From: the human T2T-CHM13v2.0 reference genome, Homo sapiens
DNA length: 64,000 nt
Direction: 5' to 3' (one strand)
Assembly (NCBI RefSeq): GCF_009914755.1
Contig: NC_060930.1
Shown: piece by piece, positions 50,150-64,000 of the stretch
Numbering within the stretch: position 1 is the stretch's first letter
Layout of the letters: every line of letters begins with the position of its first letter
Translations under genes and position numbers: made by a program
The notes under the pieces: generated by a model
The model's database searches: none
Told to the model about the DNA's origin: nothing
Seen by the model: only the letters and a program-made list of their open reading frames with translations

Positions 50150-51090
50150 AAGTTTTGTTGTAATATTTAAAAATGCCAATTAAAAAATAGTGCAAAATTG
50201 TATAACGCAATTATATGAGAATTGTTTTGGGATCAGCGGTCCAAAGACAAAGAAAGTCCCCTCTTCTCTCCATGTTCTTTTCACTGCTAGCAGCAATTAA
50301 CATTTGGCATATATCCTCCTAGATTTCATTTTTTATGCATAAGTGAAGACATATCAATAAAATGTGTTCTTGTTATATTACATAGTTCTTGTTTTAACAC
50401 AAGTGGAATTATCCTCTACATGGTGTTTATGATTTGTTTTTGCACTTATGAGGTTGTGTTTAAAATGTTGTACATTTTTTTAATTTTAGCATTGGTAAAT
50501 TTACTTTGTTTTTATTTTAACATAGTATTCCACTGAAATGTAATTATACTGCAAATTATTTATCATATCTCCACTGACGGTCCTTCAGGTTATTTCTAAC
50601 TTTTCTTGATTATAAGCAATGTTGTAATGACTATCTTGTACAAGTATGTTTATACTCTTCCATTAATACTTATGTAAATAAATCTGATAAGGGAAATTGT
50701 AGGCTAAAGCATATATTATACATTTTATTTTATTTTTTATTAATTAATTAATTAATTATTTATTTATTTTTGAGACGGAGTCTCGATCTGTCGCCCAGGC
50801 TGGACTGCAGTGGCTCGATCTTGGCTCACTGCAAGCTCCGCCTCCCGGGTTCACGCCATTCTCCTGCCTCAGCCTCCTGAGTAGCTGGAACTACAGGCGC
50901 CCGCCACCACGCCTGGCTAATTTTTTTGTATTTTTAGTACAGACGGGGTTTCACCGTGTTAGCCAGGATGGTCTCGATCTTCTGACCTCGTGATCTGCCC
51001 ACCTCGGCCTCTTAAAGTGCTGAGATTACAGGCGTGAGCCACTGCTCCCGGCCCACATTTTATTTTTGATATGCACTGGCACAAAATTGT
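50150..51090 (-). mobile_element. Ancient L1ME 3' fragment hosting an AluY
   Basis: catagtattccactg...tccttcaggttatttctaactttt...aagggaaattgtaggctaaagc. Confidence 0.6.
50732..51053 (-). mobile_element. AluY, antisense, with a TTAA/TTTA-patterned tail and TSD
   Basis: gcaagctccgcctcccgggttcacgccattctcc and ttagccaggatggtctcgatc (Y diagnostics); TSD acattttatttt at 50720-50731 and 51055-51066. Confidence 0.96.
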
Positions 51091-53969
51091 GTGAAGAACC
51101 AATTAATAAATATGTCTAAGGAATATAGTTTCCATTGTTTTAATTATCAAAAAATTATCACTTACATGGGCTCTAGTTATACCCATGATATGACCAATTT
51201 AAGAAACTTGAAAATATAATTTCTAGCACGTGTATACTAATGCGAGATAGAGAAGTTTTATTTACAACCAGAAATTGTTGGGTCCATAAAAGAAACAAAT
51301 ATGTCTAGAACATTTTAAAGTTGCCAGAGCAGATTTCAAGATATTCCAGCCTGAGTCCCTCAGATATGTATTTTGGTGATTGTAAAAATATCAAAAGAAA
51401 TTATTTGTGTCCGAAAGTCACAATATGCGTGAGTCATCAACACAATAAGATAAGGCTAAAATTGAGTTTCAGATATTTTGGGATTTCTGAAAAAAATTTA
51501 TAAAAATCCATAATGTAATCATTTGTAAAATTTTAAAGTTTATCATTACGAAAAGGAAAGTCAAAATCAAATGAAATAAAACAAGCTTTGTTCCATGGGA
51601 TAGTGTCAGTCATAAAGACTTACTAGTTAGGTGCTAATTCATTTTGAGCTTACAGGGTTTTATCAGGATCAGACTAAGTAAAAATGTATAATTATTTTAT
51701 AAATAAAAATGTTTTGGGGTTTCAGATTTAAAAATCAAGAGTAAGAAGTTTTACAATATTTACTAAAGATTACGATTAGTATACCACAAAACATCTGAAC
51801 TTTAGATATTATTTATGTGACCTTAAAAGTCAGACCTTTCCCTGCCAATGACTTAACTTCTGTCTTTAGTGCTATTTTGTTTGAAGGCTTATTTATCTGC
51901 TATGAAGTGATTTTTCTACGACTTTCTACATGTCTCTTCACATTGGGTTAGGAAATCTTCAAGGAAATTAATATCCTCGGGTATACACAACCTTTTGCTG
52001 TGGTATTTGCTCTGACATGGAACAAAGGCAAAAGATACGGGAAAATGTAGAAGTGGGCATTATAGAAGAATCCAAATGTGTCTAATGTCTTCTTCATACT
52101 AATTCCTTCTAGCCTTTATTTAAAAAATAGCTTCTGAATTGCAAGGATATTTTTAAGCCACATGAATCAGTATGCCCCTTCAGCTGGACTTTTCAAGGAG
52201 CCTGTGAATGCTGAAATGATTAACATTATGTGAAGCTAAATTGCACTGAACCGTGGAACCATGTGGTGTGGCAATAGTGGGTGGGGAGACATATTAGTCT
52301 AGAGGTCCCTGCTGAGCAAAAGACAAAGACCTCCTTCTCCATTGTCCCGCACTGATGGTGGGCTTGGGATGTATTTTCAGAAATAATTATTTGCAGGGAA
52401 CTTACAAAAACAAATGAATCACCCTCATCACTGTGCTTGTTCCGTTTTGGGATGTTTGTCTACTAGACTTTCTAAATTGGGAGATTTAGAAATTCAGTAA
52501 GAAAGATATTTAAAAAAATTTTTTGAGGTCCTCAGTGTCTTCTGCAAGTACACTTTCAATTTTTATTACAGACAGACTCTCTTGATGCTGTTGTTTACCA
52601 TTGCATTTTTATTTAACTTGAATATTTTAATTTAGCATGAGTCATTCCCATGGATTAGCAACTTTGTATGCTAGCATATCTAGTTGTATCTTCTGTGTGT
52701 TTTCAATGGTGTGTCTGCTACTCCAAAGATCTTCCTGAATTTTACATATTAGAAGTGGCATAGCCTCATGACACTTTATATCAAGCAGGAAGTTCTGGAA
52801 GATGATGCTAACAAATACCTCAAATCTGGAAATTGTAGGCTTTAGAAAAATAAAGTCATCTTGTTAGTGAATCTCTATATTAGACTTTCTAATACCTTAT
52901 AAACAGGTTTTCAGAAATTAATTATATTTATAGCCTCGAGAAACTAGGGAAAAAGCTGGATCTCAAAGACATTATTACAAAGCAGTAGTAAATTATAAAC
53001 AATATATTTTGAATTCATAATTAAAATTAACGAGTCAATTTTCTGAGGCATTGACCTATTAAAGATTTATGAGTTACCTAAAATCCCAAATCTTCCCTGA
53101 GGTAATAGCTTCAGTTGAGATAAAGGGAAGGTATCTTATTTGTCGCTTCACTGCAGGAAAAAATAAAATTTGTGATTATGACTCATTATCATGATGCCTA
53201 TTGCAAAATTACAGCTCACTCTTAAAATTATGTGAAAAAAGATCATTAAATGTTTTAGACATTTCTTAAAACTTATAAGCAAAACTTTCAAGTTTTTTAA
53301 ACTGATTTACTGGTTGTATATGTAGCTAATTGACTATGAAAACTTGAAGCTTAACTCTTTGTAGACCTTCCATCATACCATTGCTTTATAAATTATTACC
53401 AGAATATTGAAGGAAATAAACTTTTTTCTAACCATATTTATGCAATCAATATTTATTAGGTAGTTTTTGAGAAAATCTTATATGAGAACTTATTCCTTGT
53501 ATACCAAATGTTTCATGGAACACCACCAGCATAGACATTTTTGTTTACTCTGTGCAACTGGATTTCGTTCTGGGGAGCTTCAATTTGTACATGAGCTCAT
53601 TTTCACAAACCATCTTACCGATACTTAGAGTCCAAAGTGAAATTCAGGAACTATGGCCCAGCAAGCTTTCATGTGCTATTCTTTGCTTCATGACTTTGGA
53701 AATCTATGGGAGACCCTGTATCACTAGACAGAATACTGAAAAGCAGGATTACATATGAAGTTTACCATCTGATTTTTTTCCTAAGGGTTTTTACATGAAC
53801 GTTTATTCCTTGTCTTTTTGTGTGGATTCAGCAATCTCCAGGTTTACTGAACAGGGGTTGTGAAGGGCAGTTGTTCACAACTGAGCTCATTCCCACTGTG
53901 TTGATATACTCCGGTTCCCCCACATAGCTCCACCCCGCTAACTCCCAACCTCATGCATAGCTCCACCAC

Positions 53970-54065
53970 ACTATTGGGCTTGAATCTAGGCTCTGCCACT
54001 TTCTAGCTGGTTCCTGAGCAAGTTCTTTAACCTCTCTGAGCCTGTTTCCTCATCCACAAAAAGGA
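53970..54065 (+). mobile_element. MIR SINE fragment
   Basis: gggcttgaatctaggctctgccactttctagctg...gcaagttctttaacctctctgagcctgtttcctcatc. Confidence 0.75.
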
Positions 54066-54147
54066 TGAAGAACAAAAAGGACGAGGCAATACCTTCTTAA
54101 CACTGATAATTAAATAAGATAAGCTTAAATTATAAAATCAGCACAGA

Positions 54148-55275
<1,128 letters not shown>

Positions 55276-55379
55276 TTTAAAGCAGTATAGAAATACCTAT
55301 TTTTTAAAATTATTACAACTGAAAGCCTTCTAACTTGTGGTGTTTTCTTGAAATAATAATCGTATCTTGGTTAATAGTT

Positions 55380-55900
55380 GAGATCTAAAAGCTTAGGCCT
55401 AAATTCAGATAGAAAGCTTGGCACATCTGTTGTAAGTTTTGAAACCAGGTGCACAGACCATCTTTGTTCCAGACGATCTTCTCAGGGATGTTTGTAAAGT
55501 GAACAGCCTTGGAAGGTAGAGATGATGTCCCCCTGGGAAGCAAAGGGTAGGTTTACTCATAGCTTGGGAAGAGAGAGATGGTGTCTCCCTCCAGATGAGG
55601 GGAATATATTTACCACCCATAAGAAAAGATTTGAACCCATTAAGCTGAGGGTTCCTCTTCTGTAACACCACCCACTGTGAGTGGAGGCATCAGCTGGCCT
55701 GCTTTCTATCTCTCTGCAGGAAGTAGAGCCCAGGCAACTGGCACCAAATATGCCAAAGCTTATGCTGCTTCCTGGGCTGTGAGTAATAAAGTCCCTTTTC
55801 CCTCTTTTAGAAGTCTCATATGTTCTGTCAGCAGCCACCAAGCTGTGTCAGGCTAAATTGCTGTCTTGCAAGTAGAATAAAATCCCAGACCCTTTGCAAT
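55380..55900 (+). mobile_element. ERVL-class LTR (MER77/MER21-group-like)
   Basis: ctgtgagtAATAAAgtcc...ctgtgtcaggctaaattgctgtcttgcaagtagaataaaatcccagaccc resembles the recalled 3' part of MER77/MER21-type LTRs; internal imperfect direct repeat at ~55505-55605. Confidence 0.65.
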
Positions 55901-56089
55901 CTTTTTCATAAAAAAAATTTTAAATACCATATATTTACCGCATACAGTTCAGAATTATTTATTAATAGTATATTCACAGAGTTGTGCAACCACCACCACA
56001 ATCCAATTTTAGATCATTTCAACAACTCAAAAAGAAACCTTGTACACGTTAAGTGTCATTCCTGTACCCACTCCCTGAAAATCTGCTTG

Positions 56090-56700
56090 CTCTAGCTGTG
56101 TTGGATTGATGTCAGAACACAGGAGGGAAGGGCAAATGCAAGGGAGCAGGTAAGAGGCTTTCACAGCAACTCGGGACAAATGATAGTGGCTTGGAGCAGG
56201 GTAGCAGCATGAAAGTAGTGAGAAGTGGCGGAATAGAAGATACATTTTCAAAGTGGAACCAATAGTATTTCCTGACCAATTGGCTCTGCCAAGAGGATGT
56301 GCTGATCAATTTTCCGTGAGGTGTGAGAATGAGATGGCTGAGGGATGAGTCCATGGTTTTGGCATGAGCAAAGGGAAGGATTGAGTTGCTTTGAAATGAG
56401 TTGGGGAAGACTGTGGGCATAGCAGGTTTTGACAGAGAAGAATAGGAGTTCAGCATTGCATATGTTAACTGAAAATGTCTATTAGACATTTTGGTGAAGC
56501 TGAATAGATAGTGTATAGTATTCTGGAATTCAGATGAGAAATGCTGCTTAAAGATACGAATTAGAGAATTTAAAATCATGAGACTGCATAATATCACCCA
56601 GGAAGTACAAGAAGACCTAGAAAAGTAACAGTCTGAGAACTGAGCTCTAAGGAACATCTACCTTTAGAGGTCAGAGAGATGAAGTAGAGCTTGTAAAACC
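56090..56700 (-). mobile_element. L2 LINE fragment
   Basis: gatagtggcttggagcagggtagcagc...gatgagtccatggttttggcatgagc...ggagttcagcattgcatatgttaac; accounts for ORF 56112-56657. Confidence 0.78.
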
Positions 56701-56924
56701 AAGGAGCAAGCACACACAGTTTTGGACACAGAGATTTCCCATAAGAGCATTGCAAACGTTACATATTCTCTTTGTTGGATGTGAAAATAATCTTTTGGGA
56801 AATGTGTGCTTAGACCTTGATGTGATGCATAGGGACAAATTTCTAATTCTATTTGCTTCCTAAGAAAATGAAATGTTACTAAATAAACAGCGTCAGGGCA
56901 AGGAGTCCAGGTCCATAAAGAAAA

Positions 56925-57153
56925 ACTTGCACAGCATGGTGAATAAAATTAATAATGGTGTATTGCAGATTTTAAAATTGCTAAAAGAGTAAATTTCAAA
57001 TGCTCTCATCATAAAAAATATTAGTATTTGAGGGAATGGGTATGTTACTAGCTTAATTGAATTATTCCACATTGCATTCATATATTATAACATCACTTTG
57101 TACCCCATAAATTTACATAATTAGAAATTGTCAATTTACAATAAAAAATAAAA
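56925..57153 (+). mobile_element. L1MA-type 3' terminal fragment
   Basis: gcacagcatggtga...aaaattgctaaaagagtaaatttcaaatg...cactttgtaccccataaat...caataaaaaataaaa. Confidence 0.85.
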
Positions 57154-58003
57154 AGCCATCAAAAAACGCCAGGCAAAAATATGTGATATACTTATACCCA
57201 TATTTAAACCTACACCATAAATTATATTTAAATTTATAATTCTGCCTGCTGCTGTTTTCAGTAATTAATATCATTAAGAAAGCACAGGTTAAATCAAATT
57301 TCAACACAGTATCATTTCAGTATAAAATCTCATATTTTGAATAAAACAAACATATCTTTACACATTATTAAATGAACTACGCTGACAAATTTTGTTTCTT
57401 TTTTTGAGAACCAGAAAAACAATTATACTTAGATGGGCCATCTAAAATGTCCTTCCAGCTTGTGGAGTAGGTTGTGTTTGTTTTTCAATGAACATCTGTT
57501 TGACAAATTGAAATGCTAATTATGATTTATCATTTCCATGACATCAAATATCCAGATAGTAATAAACGTTGATGACTAACTATATTTTTCAGTTTCAGCC
57601 AGATGTTTGGCATCACGTAAGATACCACCTTAGTTTTACATAAAAATAAAATGTTTCTTGAGTCTGGCTTATCATAATGGGGAGGAAACTAATATGAATG
57701 AAGCAGAATGGTTCATTTTTTTTCTCAATGTGTACAATTCTACTGGTAAGACTTTTACAATATCATAAATAAAATTGTACTTTAAAATAAGTGTCTTTCA
57801 AACTTTTACAAATACAAAGAAAGCCAGAATCAAAACCCAATTTTGAATATCAAGTGTTAAATATGAATATCAGAAACTGAATATATCATCAATACAAATT
57901 TTAAAAAAAATAAGTTTGTAAATTCAGAGTTTATCCCTCAGATGTTATTTCAAGCATATATCATAGTGACATATCCTTGAATATATATTTAAGATCCGAT
58001 AGG

Positions 58004-58304
<301 letters not shown>

Positions 58305-58364
58305 TTAGAATATGGGTCCTCAGGGCCATAAAACAGCATATGCTAGTTTGTTGGCTTTTACTCA

Positions 58365-59985
58365 CCATGCTGTGCACTAAAAGTAAAAAAATATAAAGTA
58401 AAGCCCATTCTTTTAACTGAGATTTTGTGCCCTTTGACATAATCTCTCCATTCCCACAGCCCTCAGCCTCTGTAACTTCTATTTCACTCACTCCTTCTAA
58501 GAATTTGATTGTTTTACATTTCACATGCAAGGGAGAACATGTAATCTTTCCAAATGACAGAATTTTCTTTTTTAAAGCTAAATAGTATTTCATCGTGTAT
58601 GTGTACGACGTTTTCTTTATCCATTCATCTGTTGATGGACAGGTTGATTTCAAAATGTGGCTAATGTGAAGTGCTGCAGTGAACATGGGAGTGCAGATAT
58701 CTTTTCGGCAAAACTGATTTCACATCTTTTGGGTAAATACCTGGAAGTGAGATTGCTAGATCGCATCGTGATTCTACTTTTAGTTGTTTTGGAAAACTCC
58801 ATGTAGTTTTCCATAATGGCTGTACTAATTTACATTCCCACCAACAGTGTACAAGGATTCTGTTTTTTCCATATTCTCGCCAACATTTGTTATCTTCTTT
58901 TTGATATTACCTATTCTGACAGGTGTGAGATGATATCTCATTGTAATTTTAATTTGCATTTCCCTAATGATTAGTGATTTTTTCATTTATCTCTTGGCCA
59001 TTTGTTAGTCTTCTTTTGAGCAATGTCTATTCAGCTTCCTTGCTCATTTTTAATTTTTTTTTCTTCCTCTTAAGTTGATGGAACTCTTTATATATTTGTG
59101 GATATTAACTTTTTATTGAATATATGGCTTACAAATATTTTCTCCACATTCATAGTTTGTCTCTTCACATTGTTGCTTCCTTTGTTGTGCAGAAGCTTTT
59201 TAGTTTGATATGACCCAATTTGTTTGTTTTTACTTTTGTGGCCTATACTTTGGGGGTCAAATTCAAAACATTATTACCCAGATCAATGTCATATACTTTC
59301 TCCCCTGTGTTTTCTTCTAGCAATTTGGAGTTGCTGGCCTTATACTTAAGGCTTTAATTCATTTCGAATTGAGTTTTGTATATGATGTGAAATAAGGGGC
59401 CAATTTTATTCTTCTGCATGTGGATACCTAGTTTCCCCAACACCATTCATTGAACAGACTATCCTTTTCTCATTGTGTATTCTTAGCATCTTTGTCAAAA
59501 ATAAATTGGTTGTACATGCATAAGTTGATTTCTGGGCTATTATGCTGCATTGACCTATATTTCTTTTTTGCCAGTACCATGCTATTTTAATTAATACTAC
59601 AATAGCTTTGTAGTATTGTTTGAAGTCAAGTAGTGTGATATCTTTATTTTTGTTTTGTTTGCTCATGATGATTTTGACTGTTCTTGGTTTGTTGTGGTTC
59701 CGTGCGATTTTAAAATTGTTTTTTCTATATCTGAAAAATGACATCAAAATCTTGATAGTGGTTGCACTGAAATCTGTAGATTGCTTTGGGTATTATGAAC
59801 ATTTTAACAATATTAAATTCTTCCAATCCATGAACACAGGATATCTTTCCATTTATTCATGCCTTCTTCAATTTCTTTCATCAACATTTTACAGTTTGCA
59901 GTGTATGCAGATCTTTTCAACTCCTTGGTTAAATTTATTCCTAAGCATTTAATCTTTTTTATAGCTATTGTAAATGGGATTTTTT
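58365..59985 (-). mobile_element. L1MA LINE-1 (3'UTR plus ORF2 3' part), antisense
   Basis: ttccataatggctgtactaatttacattcccaccaacagtg; minus ORF 59406-59747 is decayed ORF2p (DFKQYYKAIV..KIAWYW). Confidence 0.9.
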
Positions 59986-60835
59986 AACTCCAAGTATATT
60001 TCATAGATGGCATTGATACAGTAAAATCCTTTATTCTGTAAATGGCATTTATATAGTAAAATCTTTTCCATGGTGAATGATTATTAGTCTTAAGTGAAAT
60101 ACAAAGATTTGATTTTATAAGTGAAATATTTCTTAAGTAAACTATCCTTGGCTGCCAGTTTCTTTCTTAAAAGTTTAATATTTCCCAGCAACTTCCTGTG
60201 GTTGACTCTTAAGGATACTGAAGCTGAAAGGAGCCCAGCAATTCTGGGTGATGGAGGAAATACGTGGCCAGGCTCTGCTGTCCGTATCTTCCTCAATTTT
60301 CAACTTGAATTTTATACTTCTACTCTGACCTTTAATTTTTGTGATCTAATTTCCTTTTCCCCAATAATATTTGTTTTTGAACTAGTCTTCCTCATGCCAT
60401 TTAAAGAAAAATTTCAGGAATAAGGAAAAACACAGGAGTATTAAAATGGAGAAACATCAATATTGTTATAAACAGAGCACCCCAAAATAATTATTTTGAA
60501 AGAGATGCACTCATTTGAATTTATAAACTCTGGAATGCTTATTTTAAAATTAACTAATGTGTTAACCTACATACAAATTTGTATTTTTACTTGAAGGAAA
60601 AGCAGCATTGCTGGTAGTGCACATGTGCTTCTGTACATACAGATTGTACACATTGAGGATGATGTTTATGCCATAAGAGAATCATTTCCTCTCTTTTTAT
60701 CAGGGCCATTACATCATTTCTCAAATAGACCACTGTTAGGAAGTAGGGATATATAAGTATAAGGGAGGAGACTCAAGTAAAACCAGAGTGGTGCATATCC
60801 TACAAATTGAGAATAAGGCATATTTTATCTTTTAA

Positions 60836-61180
<345 letters not shown>

Positions 61181-63349
61181 TTAAAGGGGCAGAAGTACAG
61201 ATGTAGCTGTTAGGAGGAAGCATTATTTCAGCTACAGCACATTATTGGAGGATAGGAAGAGCATATGGTATTCCAGTGAAAGAGCTTAATTATAATAGAG
61301 CAGAAAGGATTAGAAACAGAAAAGAAGGTGGATTATCAGGAATAAAGTCAAAGAAGGGACTGAATATTGATCAGATTTTCAGAAAAACCTGCAAACAAAC
61401 CCCACCACATACTAGCACTAGTCATAGGACTGAGATTTGTCAAAGCTAGCTCTCTTCTGGTGCACTCTGGTTCACTGTGAATATAAGTGGGCCATAGAGT
61501 GTGACCATTGTGGTCTCTGGCCCTAGGCCATGGAGTGAGATAATTGAGACAAGAGAAGTCTGTATATCATCTCTCCACATAAGCAATAGAGCTGATTGGG
61601 CTGCCTGTAAACAAGATTTTAGAGACTCACTTTTCTTTTTCTTAAAAGACTGCCACACTTAGCCATCTGATATGGAATGGCATCTCCTCTTAATGAGCCT
61701 GTGTCTTTATTTGCACCTTATCAAACTGGGAGATACTGAAGATGGCAGTGATGCTGATAGTGGTGAGACATGGAAGATGTAGAGGAAACCTACAAAGAAG
61801 CCTGAGATAGGAGAGAAAGGGTAATTTTTAGAAGTAGATTGGGAGAACTGCATTCTGGGCAATAAATATTCACTGGACTTACAGCGTATTCCTTTTTTTA
61901 AGGAACCAAGTTCACAGTTGTTAGAACTACAAGAGCACAACATTACATAATCATGACATCAAATAAGCATAAAAATAATGCTTATTTTTAATTTTTACAG
62001 GTGCCATTTTATAAACTATCTCTATAAAGAGATTAATGTTAGCTTCTTGTTTTGGAAATAAGATAATGGGAGGGAAGGATAAATGAAACAGTTTTGTTGC
62101 CATCTCTCATTGTGAGCCAGTTTAGAAATGAAAACAAACAAACAAAACAACTCTTAAGCCCAACAGCAACATTCATTATAATTTTCCTAATTACACTCCC
62201 TTTTCTTTTTGCTAAGAAAGAACGGTTGTATTTTTGTCCTTAATAGAAAAGGGAACAGTGCCTAAACAACCTATTATAAATTCTTCTGGGAAAGCATATT
62301 ACAAATAATTGAAAACAACCCTGATTCTGTGAACTTGGCAGCAAATGTATAAAAGAAAGCAATTCAGCCCTGGCCCCTGGATGATTGATTAAATGTTTTA
62401 TTCTTTTTACCTTTCATTCATGCTGTGTTTGTCAAGAGGAAAGAGAAAAGGAATGTTGTGAAATGAAGTCCACTTTAGACAAATAACTTACAATAATGAT
62501 CAGTGACTTCTCATCAGCTGTTTATTCATTTTTCTTGAGTTGTAATATTTCTTAATATTAGCTATCCTGCATGGACCCGACAGAAAATAAGGTCCTGAGT
62601 TTTAGCTTGTCCCCAACTCCCTGCCAGCTAACCATCAACACAAGCTGTATCTGAGCTTCTTTGAGGGCATGGCCCTGCAGCTCCCTGTGGTCAGTTATTA
62701 GTCTGAGTCCAGCAAAGGAACAAGAACACTGTGTGCTTGCTAAATCTACAGAAAACTTCATCTTCTGGTTGTGTGGGAGGAGAGGTCCCTTTGTGTACTC
62801 TGTTTCTTTGAAGGAACTAGGGATCTGTTGGTGCTGTACAGATGTCGAGGTGCACAGAGCCAACATCCTACAAAACTAGTAAATAGATGATTAGGATCCA
62901 ACTCTGTACAGAATAATGGTAGGAACCTAAACCTTGGGGTACTGTTTACTTGTATCAAAATTGTTGTTGTCCTATAAGCCATGTAAAATTAACTACAAAT
63001 CTCCTCAATGAAACACTTTCTTAGAACTTTGATATTTTTAAATGATATCTCACCATCTGTGTACATCACAATGTTGAGCTACAAATGTGGTGGCTCTAAC
63101 AAAATTTTAAGTATGAAGTCAGATGTATAGAGGATCCCTTCTCCATCACGTTCTTCTGTTTTTCATTTCCCGCTTCTCACAAACTACTCCCCAGATGTCA
63201 ATAATTCTACAATCTCCTCTTCCTACAACCTTCGTGTTGGTCCTTAGTCGTCTACTCTGATCTCAACCGCAAAAGTCAGGGGATGAGACTATAGGCCATC
63301 CCCAGAGCAACAGCCTCAGCACCTCAGCACAGATCTGGAGGGGATTTGA

Positions 63350-63670
<321 letters not shown>

Positions 63671-64000
63671 TCTGACCTTACTCTTAATTGCTTGCATGAA
63701 AATTGGATATGGATAAGAATGCAAACCCAAGAACATGTCCTGCTTTCCTTGATGCACATTCTCCTATTGATGTTCAGTGACCTTAGCATTTCCAGAAGCA
63801 CCTCTTTATTGTGGATGGAAACTTACTTATTCATGTTGTCTCAGGCTGTCCAGGTTGGTAACAGGTAACTGCTATAAAGGGTGGAGCACATCCTGCTAAA
63901 TGGAGAGATCCAGTGTCATTTACATTTTTTTTAACTCTTTCAAGGGTAATGGCAACTAACAATAGTTTCTCCTGTGTGCTAGATATTGTTCTAATCATTT

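Noticed and set aside
51425-53190. Three AP-1 TGA(G/C)TCA sites within 1.8 kb
   Set aside because: The heptamer occurs about ten times across the window, consistent with chance, and has no supporting co-motifs.
56112-56657. 181-aa minus-strand ORF
   Set aside because: It lies within a decayed L2 element and has no credible domain or splice context.
60005-60070. Short direct repeats with spacers (also 625-700, 34765-34815, 53915-53972)
   Set aside because: Two- to four-copy local slippage duplications in eukaryotic intron DNA; not CRISPR-like or otherwise organised.

Overview
Human genomic DNA (an AluYa5, a human-specific subfamily, and an SVA are present), AT-rich and repeat-dense. It lies inside the laminin alpha-2 gene LAMA2 on the + strand. 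The only supportable coding sequence is one 243-nt, phase 0/0 internal exon (29379-29621, VFQIAYVIVK...IHPLENGE) encoding part of the laminin N-terminal (LN) domain; from recall of the gene structure this is exon 4, with everything else belonging to the two long flanking introns. The introns hold a layered record of transposons: ancient L2/MIR/L1M fragments, LTRs (MLT1D-like, MER77/MER21-like), DNA-transposon MITEs (MER44A, MER3, piggyBac-derived MER75), 12 Alus from AluJ to AluYa5, a 5'-truncated L1PA and a 5'-truncated antisense SVA, many with readable target-site duplications. All other ORFs in the track are repeat-derived or chance. I see no convincing new gene or multi-gene system. The best leads are RNA-processing and regulatory hypotheses: inverted Alus bracketing a stop-free symmetric exon (circRNA or skipping), a GT-starting exon, a stop plus poly(A) signal just inside the downstream intron, an Alu with acquired GT donors (poison exon), a young AluYa5/AluY inverted pair, and compact myogenic and SOX-POU motif clusters. 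Repeat subfamily names come from recalled consensus sequences, and the boundaries of old elements are approximate.
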